Assembly: GCA_002747805.1 (NCBI GenBank)
Contig: PDQP01000050.1
Location: forward strand, 1 to 52,221
Direction of reading: 5' to 3'
Length of the DNA: 52,221 nucleotides
DNA from: Deltaproteobacteria bacterium
GTDB taxonomy: Bacteria > Desulfobacterota > Desulfobulbia > Desulfobulbales > Desulfocapsaceae
Numbering within the stretch: the stretch's first letter is position 1; every line of letters begins with the position of its first letter. The position numbers were made by a program, and so were the translations under genes. This document shows, piece after piece, positions 36,431 to 44,102 of this stretch. The notes below the pieces were generated by a model that saw only the letters and a list, made by a program, of their open reading frames with translations, did no database searches and had not been told where the DNA came from.

Positions 36431-39115
36431 CTAGAAACGGCCGCCGATGGTAAAATCCCAGACCGATTGATCCTCATCATCTTCAGGATCAAGATTATAA
36501 CCCCAGACTAACCGAAGCGGCCCCAAGGGCGAGAGCCATTTCAGCTCTACGCCAGCCGTCCGTTTGGTACCCTCGCCCTCATATTCATCATCGGCAAAGA
36601 CCCGGCCAGTATCATAAAAAATCAGACCGTAGATACCCTGCTCCTTAAACAGGGGAAAGATCCAGGCAACATTGCCGTACCACATTCTCTCGCCGCCGAC
36701 CCGTTCCCCGGAAACAGGATCGCGGGGGCTGATCTTGCCGTACTCAAAGCCGCGGATGGTATTCATGCCGCCAAGATAAAATCTTTCATAGACCGGCAGT
36801 TTATCTTCTTCATTTTCAAAGACTTGTCCGGCCGCCCCCCTAATATTAAACACGGTACCGGCAAACAGGGGAAAATACCAGTCCGAGGATGCCTCAACCT
36901 TGGTAAACTGGGCATCGCCGCCAAAAGGGCCACCGGCATATTTGACGCTGACCAGATTTTTTGACCCCTCCGAGGCGACAAACATACGGTTCCTGGTATC
37001 ACGCACCAGAGACATCTTAACTGCACTGGTTACGTTAATATCCGCCGATTTTTTAATCAGGTAAGAGGCATCTTCCGAGACATCCGACAGGGTGGTATCC
37101 GTATAGCCGTACTTGCCGAATACCCGCCATTTTTCCCAGATCGGATAACCAATTCTGAGCGCACCGCCGGTTGATTCCCTGGTGTAATCGTCATATTCCC
37201 GCTGGCTGCGAAAGAGATCCGCCCCCCAGGACAGCTGGGAATCATTGACCCGCGGGTTGGTATAGCTGAGATTATATCTGGAACTGCTGCCGCCTACATT
37301 GGCGCCAAGTGCCAGTTTATCGCCGCGGCCAAGAAAGTTTGATTCTGCAATCTGGCCCATAAAAACCAGGTGATCGACCGAACTATAACCGGCACCAATG
37401 CTAAAGCTGCCGGTACTTTTTTCCTTAACATCAATCAGCACATCCATCATACCCGGGCTAAGGGTCGGCTCTGGGGTTACGCTAACTTCCTCAAAAAATT
37501 CCAGCCGCTGCAGGGCCCGGTTGCTTTCCCTTAGGGCCTTGGAATTAAAGATCCCGCCCTCTTCAATGGTTAGCTCCCTTCTGATTACATTATCACGGGT
37601 GCGGCTGTTACCCCGAATCGAAATGCGGTTTAAGTGAACCAGCTCGCCCTTTCTAATCTCAATCACCAGATCCACCCGGCCATCGGCAGCAGACTTGTTC
37701 ATAACCGGATTTATATCGGCAAAGGCATAGCCCTTTTCCGCATAAAGATCAGTGATTTTCAGCATATCATCCCGCAAAGTCCGGCGGCTTAGATATTCCT
37801 CCTTTCTGGTTTCCATCAGATCAACCAGCTCCTGCCGATCAACAATCAGATCACCCTTAACCTCGACCGTACCGATTTTGAACCTCGGCCCTTCGTCAAT
37901 CTTAAAGGTAACATAGAGCCACTTTCCTTCCTGAACTATCTGCGGCTCGCCGACCCTGGCCTCCAGAAAGCCGTGATTATGATAAAAGGCGGCCAGCCGT
38001 CCGGCATCCTGTCTAACCTGATCCGGTTTAAGCAGCCCTGAGGAAGTGAGCCAGGACATAAACCATTTTTCACCGGTTTTTATCTGATCCTCAAGCTCAT
38101 CATCATCAAAGCTCTTGTTTCCTTCAAATTTTATTTCTTTAATATATATTTTGTCGCCTTCATCAATCTTGTATTCCACCACCGCCTCTCCCGCATCGGG
38201 ATAGCTGATATCCGCCTCCACCTTGGTATCATAATAACCCTTGGCCTTGTACAGGGCCTTGATCGCCTCGGCTCCCTGGTTAATCTTGACCGGATTTAAG
38301 ATTTCCTGCTCCTTTACTCCGGTAACATCAATTAGTTCCTGCTCCTTAAGGTCATCATGGCCGCTATAGGTAAGCGAGCTGATCACCGGTTTTTCAACCA
38401 CCCGGAAAATCACCTTTTTTCCCAGAGAATCATCGGCGACCTCAATCTGGACATCATCAAAATAGCCCATCTTGTAAATGGCTTTCAAATCCTCACGGAG
38501 CAGGGCCGGATTATAGGGAAGACCGGCCCTGGTCTTGATTCTTCTCAGAATGGCACCGGAATCGATCCTTTTATTGCCTGCCGGAGCAATGCTGGCCACC
38601 ACCGCCCGCTGACGGCTGTATCCGGCCATCCGGTCAGATAAATCGGCAGCAGCCTGTTCCAGTTCATCCATCCCCTTGCCCTGACGGGAAAAATAGACCG
38701 GATTTGCCGGATTCATGGCATCAAACATTTTTAGATCGAGACTAAAATCACTGCCAATCATGGTAAGATTGCCAGCCACGATATTGCTGGTGCCAGTGTC
38801 TTCGGCAATGCGGGCCAGCTGCCTGGCTGAAGGCGGCCAGGCATTCTGATAGTCAGCAAGATTTCCGGCCTGGGTGCGGCCAAGAATCATAAAGGTATCC
38901 GTATCCAGACTATCTGCAAAAAAATCATCAACCAAGGCAGTTAGCTCTTCGGCCGGCTGGCTGCTGCCTGCCGAAACCGTAACCTTGACCGGCAGAAATA
39001 AGGTTTCCCTGGTTACCGCCTGTCCTAGGGCCACAGTCAACAGAACCGCCGTCATAGCTGCCAGCCAAATTTTGCAAACCGAACCAACTCCCCTTTTTAT
39101 TGTGCATGAGTTCAT
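36431..39115 (-). CDS. bamA: Outer membrane protein assembly factor BamA, with an N-terminal extension
   Basis: 894 aa with POTRA repeats and a C-terminal 16-strand barrel ending in ...WDFTIGGRF (aromatic beta-signal). RGFEYGKISPRD and YLGGMNTIRGF are Omp85 motifs. Confidence 0.9.
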   Translation of the reverse strand: MNSCTIKRGVGSVCKIWLAAMTAVLLTVALGQAVTRETLFLPVKVTVSAGSSQPAEELTALVDDFFADSLDTDTFMILGRTQAGNLADYQNAWPPSARQLARIAEDTGTSNIVAGNLTMIGSDFSLDLKMFDAMNPANPVYFSRQGKGMDELEQAAADLSDRMAGYSRQRAVVASIAPAGNKRIDSGAILRRIKTRAGLPYNPALLREDLKAIYKMGYFDDVQIEVADDSLGKKVIFRVVEKPVISSLTYSGHDDLKEQELIDVTGVKEQEILNPVKINQGAEAIKALYKAKGYYDTKVEADISYPDAGEAVVEYKIDEGDKIYIKEIKFEGNKSFDDDELEDQIKTGEKWFMSWLTSSGLLKPDQVRQDAGRLAAFYHNHGFLEARVGEPQIVQEGKWLYVTFKIDEGPRFKIGTVEVKGDLIVDRQELVDLMETRKEEYLSRRTLRDDMLKITDLYAEKGYAFADINPVMNKSAADGRVDLVIEIRKGELVHLNRISIRGNSRTRDNVIRRELTIEEGGIFNSKALRESNRALQRLEFFEEVSVTPEPTLSPGMMDVLIDVKEKSTGSFSIGAGYSSVDHLVFMGQIAESNFLGRGDKLALGANVGGSSSRYNLSYTNPRVNDSQLSWGADLFRSQREYDDYTRESTGGALRIGYPIWEKWRVFGKYGYTDTTLSDVSEDASYLIKKSADINVTSAVKMSLVRDTRNRMFVASEGSKNLVSVKYAGGPFGGDAQFTKVEASSDWYFPLFAGTVFNIRGAAGQVFENEEDKLPVYERFYLGGMNTIRGFEYGKISPRDPVSGERVGGERMWYGNVAWIFPLFKEQGIYGLIFYDTGRVFADDEYEGEGTKRTAGVELKWLSPLGPLRLVWGYNLDPEDDEDQSVWDFTIGGRF

Positions 39116-39275
39116 AAAGTTATACCCTGTTGTTTATTGATGGTTTATTTATGGCTAATTAAACTTAAAAAAACTGAAATTACAAATGCATAATATATAA
39201 TGCCGCTTGTTAGGGCCAAAAATTCCGCCCATTATGCCATGTTTGAAAGAAAATGAAAAGGGACATATTCAGTTT

Positions 39276-40034
39276 ATGAAAAAACGCCAGAGCCATTTAG
39301 GGGCCGATCTGATCAGGGCGGCAGCCAGCCTGCTCTTTCCCTCAAGCTGTCTTTGCTGCGGAATTTTTTTGCCGCTGGAACAAAAAATATGCCGAAACTG
39401 CCTTGACCAGTTGCCGGTAATTTCTATTACCGATCCGGTCTGCCGCCGCTGCGGCCGCCCGTTTAGGGGCATAACCGGAACCAATCATCTTTGCGGCAGA
39501 TGTCTTGGTAGCCCAGCTCCACTTAGCTCGGTCTACTCCATCGCCCTATATGTTGAACCGGTGAAGACTGCTTTGAAAAGACTTAAATATCAAGGTGATA
39601 CCACAGGCATTCCCCTGCTGGCCGCCTGCCTTGAGCAAAGCGGTTTTTCCCTGACCGGGGCAGTTAGCTGCAGGCTGGACTATATCATACCGGTACCGCT
39701 GCATATCAAAAGGCTAAGAAAACGGGGAGTTAACCAAAGCCTGATGTTAGCCAAAAAATTATTCCCTGAACACAAAAATATAATCAGGCCAGAATTGCTT
39801 AAAAGACGCATAAACACCATTTCCCAAACCTTTCTTGACAAAAAAGAAAGAAGGCTAAACCTGAAAAATGCCTTTCAGGCCGGGCCGAAAAACCAGCTTG
39901 CAGGCAAAAATATTTGCCTGATTGATGATATTTATACCACTGGTTCGACTCTGGATGAATGTGCTAAAACCTTAATTAAATCAGGAGTTAATGAGGTACA
40001 CGCCATTACCATTGCCCGCACTTCCGCCAGATAA
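39276..40034 (+). CDS. comF: ComF-family phosphoribosyltransferase-like protein
   Basis: N-terminal Cys-rich zinc motif (CLCCG...CRNC...CRRCG...CGRC) and a C-terminal PRTase motif (ICLIDDIYTTGSTL). Start taken at MKKRQS. Confidence 0.8.
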   Translation: MKKRQSHLGADLIRAAASLLFPSSCLCCGIFLPLEQKICRNCLDQLPVISITDPVCRRCGRPFRGITGTNHLCGRCLGSPAPLSSVYSIALYVEPVKTALKRLKYQGDTTGIPLLAACLEQSGFSLTGAVSCRLDYIIPVPLHIKRLRKRGVNQSLMLAKKLFPEHKNIIRPELLKRRINTISQTFLDKKERRLNLKNAFQAGPKNQLAGKNICLIDDIYTTGSTLDECAKTLIKSGVNEVHAITIARTSAR

Positions 40035-40548
40035 TCCTAAGATTTGAGCAAAACCCCAAAAAAATATTTTTTGGTTTTATCCATACTTGTCTAGATGCCC
40101 GTAGTTGCGTTCGTAGTTGCGATAATTGCCTTTATATTTTAAGTATTATCAAGATAAATACAGTAAATTTTATTAAATTTTATTTTTTTTAAGTTTAATT
40201 AAATGATTAAACTGTGAAAAAACAGCCGGGCGGCCAGCCTATTATCCCATTATACCGAATAAATTGACAAGGTTTATCAAGACCACATCAAGACAAGGAT
40301 TTACAAGGCGGTAAGAGAGAAAAACCAAGAAATAACAAGCAATTATCATTGTGGAAATATTGGAAAGGCCGTTTATAGAAAGTTTCTGCAAACGGACTTT
40401 GACCAAAGATGGAAATTGGATTTTATCAGCGTGCGTGCTGGGGGGTGCGTTTCGGCCCCGGCGGCCTACTTTTCAAGTGAATCACTTATGATGATGAAAA
40501 AAATAAAAAATAAAAAATAAAATTCCAACTCCATATTAGGAAGCTTTG
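40035..40548. other. Candidate replication origin (oriC) upstream of dnaA
   Basis: 514-bp non-coding region containing a strongly AT-rich block of about 85 bp (40131-40215). It has one near-consensus DnaA box, TTATCCATA, at 40077-40085. A repeated 9-mer, TTATCAAGA, occurs at 40146-40154 and 40274-40282. A direct repeat, GTAGTTGCG, occurs at 40101-40109 and 40113-40121. Confidence 0.45.
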
Positions 40549-41862
40549 ATGAACTGGGAAGAAACCAAGGAACAATTAAAAACTGCCGTTGACAGCAGTG
40601 AATACAATCTATGGATAAAACCCATCGAGTGTGCCAAAGTTGAGGATCATAAGCTGCATCTTAGCTGCCCGGACCGTTATTTTTCCGCCTTTGTCAGTCG
40701 CAAATATCTTGGCTTGATTCAGGAAAAGGCAAGGGAAATAACCGGCAAACCATATCAGGTCAGTCTGGATGGTGATAAGGGCTGCCCGAAAAAAAACGGG
40801 CCCAGACCGATGATGCTGCCGGGGATGCCGTCTGGCGGCTCTAGGATCAGAAACCTGCATCCGCGTTATACCTTCGATGAGTTTATGGTCGGGGAAAGCA
40901 ATATTTTGGCTCAGTCAGCCTGCAAGGCCGTCTCCAGCCGCGATGAATCCGTTTCCCCCTGCCTGTTTATGAATGCCGGCACCGGACTTGGCAAAAGCCA
41001 CCTAACCCATGCCGTCGCCCATCAGGTACTGGCAGAGATGCCCTTTACCAGACTTCATTATCTGACCGCCCGGCAGTTTTCCGCCGAGATGGTCAAGGGC
41101 ATCATGAACCAACAGATAGAGGAATTTAAGCAAAAATATCAAGAACATTGCGATATTCTCCTGCTTGAGGACGTGCATACCCTGGCCGGTAAAAAAAAGA
41201 CCCAGGAAGAGCTGAACGGGCTGGTGGACGCCATGATTAAAAGCGGCAAAAGAGTAATATTTACCGCCAAACATGCCCCGCATGAACTGGATGGAATTGA
41301 CGGTGAGCTATGCTCAAGGATGACCAACGGCCTGGTTACCGCCATCAAGGCGCCGGATCTGACTACCCGCAAAAGAATTGTAGCCAGCAAGGCCGCCCAG
41401 CAGACCCTTGAACTGGAAGAGGAATTTATTGAGCTGCTTGCCGGTAATATCAAGGGGGACGTAAGGAAAATAGAATCTGCGGTAGCTGCCCTTAAGGTCA
41501 GAGCAAACCTTGACGGGGTGATTGATAAGCAGCTAGTACAGGAAATTGTCAGTTCGGTCGCCGGGGTGGTTACAGCCCTTACTCCGGCGGTGATATGCGA
41601 ATTTATCAGCAGCCAGTTCAAGGTCAGCGTTAAGGATCTGCAGTCAAAATCCCGCAAAAGAAAAATTACCTATCCGCGCCAGCTTGCCATGTATCTAAGC
41701 CGGAAATACACCAGCGACTCCCTGGCCGACATCGGCAGGGTCTTTAACCGCGATCATTCCACGGTGCTTTACTCAATCCGGGTAATCTCCGATCTGGCCA
41801 GAAGGGATCAGTCCGCCTCAGCGCAGCTTGACTTATTAAACCAGAAGGTCCAGCAGCTATGA
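40549..41862 (+). CDS. dnaA: Chromosomal replication initiator protein DnaA
   Basis: N-terminus WEETKEQLK...YNLWIKPI, AAA+ Walker A GTGLGKSHL, Walker B LLLEDVH and a C-terminal DNA-binding helix (YPRQLAMYLSRKYT..SLADIGRVFNRDHSTVLYS). ATG at 40549 behind an AGGAAG RBS. Confidence 0.95.
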   Translation: MNWEETKEQLKTAVDSSEYNLWIKPIECAKVEDHKLHLSCPDRYFSAFVSRKYLGLIQEKAREITGKPYQVSLDGDKGCPKKNGPRPMMLPGMPSGGSRIRNLHPRYTFDEFMVGESNILAQSACKAVSSRDESVSPCLFMNAGTGLGKSHLTHAVAHQVLAEMPFTRLHYLTARQFSAEMVKGIMNQQIEEFKQKYQEHCDILLLEDVHTLAGKKKTQEELNGLVDAMIKSGKRVIFTAKHAPHELDGIDGELCSRMTNGLVTAIKAPDLTTRKRIVASKAAQQTLELEEEFIELLAGNIKGDVRKIESAVAALKVRANLDGVIDKQLVQEIVSSVAGVVTALTPAVICEFISSQFKVSVKDLQSKSRKRKITYPRQLAMYLSRKYTSDSLADIGRVFNRDHSTVLYSIRVISDLARRDQSASAQLDLLNQKVQQL

Positions 41863-42789
41863 CAGGTAGCGGATTTCTCCGGCATTCTCGGTTTTTTCGC
41901 TGCCGTCATCAAACTGCATCAGCAGGCTGCCGTCCGGCTGCACGCCTTTGACCAGAGCCTTATACAAGGGATTTTTTATCACATCAAAACCGTAGGCTAC
42001 TCTTTTACCCACGGTATCAGTAAGGCTCCGCCAGGAAGAAACGACTGAATATTGGTTGTTTCTGCCGTATTGTCCGCTTTGCAGCCAAAAGTCCTCATCA
42101 AAATACAATCTGCCAAGCTCCCATCTTAAATGGGCAAAAAAGGAGCAGGCAAAATCTTTCAGGTCAATCTCCTTACCCGCGGCCAAGGCAAGACAGGCGG
42201 CCAAGCCTTCAAGCTCATCCGGGAAGATTTTATTGTTTAGGTTAATGCCGAAACCAATCAGATCATACTGCTCGCCAAATTTGGGATCGGTAAAACTCTC
42301 CACCAGAAAACCGGCCAGTTTTCTGCCGTCAATCAAAATATCATTGACCCATCTTATGGCAGCGGATGTGCCGCCGAAATCATGAACTGCCCGGCAGCAG
42401 GCCACCCCGGCCGCCATCGGAATCAAGCCCCGAGCCTGCTCCAGCAGACTGCCCACATGAACCAGACAGCCCCAAAGACCGCCCGGCGGGGCATGCCAGC
42501 GTCTGGCAAAACGCCCTCTGGGCTGCTCCAGTTCCCGGGCCAGAATCACCGCACCATTTTGAAAGGAAATATTTTTATCCACACACCGCCCAATCTGCTG
42601 ACGGGCAAAGTCCATGGCCCTTGGCAGTTTATCATGCCAAATCACCTGAGAGGCAACAAAACCGCCGCGGCGGTAAATCAGCTCGGCCTGGCTGCCGAAC
42701 TGCTGTTTTTTCGGTTCAAGCTGATATCTTTCAATATGACCGGCAATATCATCGGGGCTTAACATCTTGGTAAGGTAATCTAGGGGCAA
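41857..42789 (-). CDS. birA: Biotin--protein ligase family protein (BirA-like, no obvious N-terminal HTH)
   Basis: The GRFARRWHAPPGGLW motif corresponds to the BPL signature GRGRxGRxWxSPxG. It is followed by a RWVNDILIDGRKLAGFLVE-type beta strand. The 3' end overlaps the dnaA stop by 6 nt (convergent genes). Confidence 0.75.
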   Translation of the reverse strand: MPLDYLTKMLSPDDIAGHIERYQLEPKKQQFGSQAELIYRRGGFVASQVIWHDKLPRAMDFARQQIGRCVDKNISFQNGAVILARELEQPRGRFARRWHAPPGGLWGCLVHVGSLLEQARGLIPMAAGVACCRAVHDFGGTSAAIRWVNDILIDGRKLAGFLVESFTDPKFGEQYDLIGFGINLNNKIFPDELEGLAACLALAAGKEIDLKDFACSFFAHLRWELGRLYFDEDFWLQSGQYGRNNQYSVVSSWRSLTDTVGKRVAYGFDVIKNPLYKALVKGVQPDGSLLMQFDDGSEKTENAGEIRYLS

Positions 42790-43271
42790 TTAGACTGAGG
42801 TTTTGTTTCCATATATTCTTCAATTATTCGAAAAATTCCTTGTTTGTCTTTTTCAACAATCATATAATAATTCTTATCGGTATAGCATTTTATAACTGAA
42901 TAACGAGCCGCCTTGATTTTTGCTCTTTTACCGTTTGTTTTGATTTGAATTTTGCTAAATTTATTAATATCACCCTTTGCCTTTGCTAGGGGCATAACTT
43001 GTTTTACTAAAGATTTCCATTTTATTCCGTCTAATTCCATCTTTTTAATTTGGGCGTTTGGATAGATGCGGGTCGCCCTAATTATTGCGTCATCAGCATA
43101 AAGTTCAACAACAGATTCATCAAATTTATTACTTAAATCAACATACCTTTCAAAGAAAGCATTTGCCTCTTCTTTGGTAATTTCGTTTGCGGATAAAAAT
43201 ACCGGCATAAAAAGAAAAGCGAATGGCATACAAACTAAAAATAACTTTTTCATTAAGGATTTCCTTGTCAA
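42780..43271 (-). CDS. AT-rich hypothetical secreted or lipid-anchored protein (NTF2/SnoaL-like fold guess)
   Basis: 163-aa ORF with a signal peptide (MKKLFLVCMPFAFLFMPVFLSANE). It is Lys/Ile/Asn-rich and visibly much more AT-rich than its flanks. No recognisable catalytic motif was seen. Confidence 0.55.
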   Translation of the reverse strand: MTRKSLMKKLFLVCMPFAFLFMPVFLSANEITKEEANAFFERYVDLSNKFDESVVELYADDAIIRATRIYPNAQIKKMELDGIKWKSLVKQVMPLAKAKGDINKFSKIQIKTNGKRAKIKAARYSVIKCYTDKNYYMIVEKDKQGIFRIIEEYMETKPQSNCP

Positions 43272-43284
43272 AAGTGCTTACGCT

Positions 43285-43944
43285 CTATTTATCCCAATCG
43301 GCCTTGACCTTGGCAATAACCTTCTGGATAAGTTCAACCTTTTCCGGCGGGCAGACCCCGATCAGCGGCTGACCCTGCTCAACCGATACCCCCGGCTTAA
43401 AATAAACCGCATAAATCACCCCGTCCACACCGGTATAATTTACCGGCGTATCCCGCTTCATCAGCGACATGGTCAGCACCTCATCTCCTCTGGAAACGGC
43501 TACGGATTTAAGCCCCTTTTTATCCAGTCTGGCCTGAATATCCATGGAGAAAAAATACTTGGCCGTCTCCGGGGCCGGAAATAAAAACAAAACATCCTTC
43601 AAGATATTTTCGATTACTTCCTTTTTTTTCAGCGGGTGGCGGATGGTCAGTAATTTTTCGCCCGCCTCGACAAACCTGCCGTTAATTTCCGAACGGACAA
43701 AGGATACTACCCCGTTAATACCAGCAGTTATCAGCCGGGGATTTCTTTCCCTAGTAATCTCGTACAGGCTGGTGCCGGGGATATGCTGCCACTCACCGCC
43801 CGGTGCCTCGACCTCGTCTCCCTCCTGCACCTGGAATTTTACCACGCCGGTACGGGTGGAAAAAACATCCACATAATCATAGGGATCCGAGCGGTATTTG
43901 GTCAAAATATCATCAAAATCTATCTCGTTATTTATGTTTGTCAT
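43285..43944 (-). CDS. Biotinyl/lipoyl-attachment-domain protein (orphan carrier-like protein)
   Basis: The C-terminal half, VSRGDEVLTMSLMKRDTPVNYTGVDGVIYAVYFKPGVSVEQGQPLIGV, aligns with the BCCP hybrid-barrel pattern (GD.L...EAMKM......G.V......G..V..G.PL). The Lys is retained within SLMKR. The N-terminal half looks like a second barrel without the Lys. Confidence 0.6.
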   Translation of the reverse strand: MTNINNEIDFDDILTKYRSDPYDYVDVFSTRTGVVKFQVQEGDEVEAPGGEWQHIPGTSLYEITRERNPRLITAGINGVVSFVRSEINGRFVEAGEKLLTIRHPLKKKEVIENILKDVLFLFPAPETAKYFFSMDIQARLDKKGLKSVAVSRGDEVLTMSLMKRDTPVNYTGVDGVIYAVYFKPGVSVEQGQPLIGVCPPEKVELIQKVIAKVKADWDK

Positions 43945-44034
43945 TGTAATTTATAAGGTAATAGTTAGCCGATTCGGCGGCACTTACTGAAACGAAATTT
44001 TATAACTGTAACCGCAGGTTCTGGCAAGTAATCA

Positions 44035-44063
44035 TTTACAAGCAGGCAAATCATGGCTATAAT
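44035..44063 (+). promoter_or_regulatory. Near-consensus sigma-70 promoter for the ydbH operon
   Basis: TTTACA at 44035-44040, a 17-nt spacer and TATAAT at 44058-44063. The -10 element ends 40 nt upstream of the ydbH ATG. Confidence 0.5.
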
Positions 44064-44102
44064 TATCTGAAATTAAATGAAATATCAACCAGATAATCAG
44101 AG

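Noticed and set aside
40488-40520. Mini-ORF MMMKKIKNKK in the A-rich dnaA leader
   Set aside because: It is ten codons of almost pure A/T with no RBS. It is more likely part of the AT-rich origin or leader than a coding sequence or an rpmH remnant.
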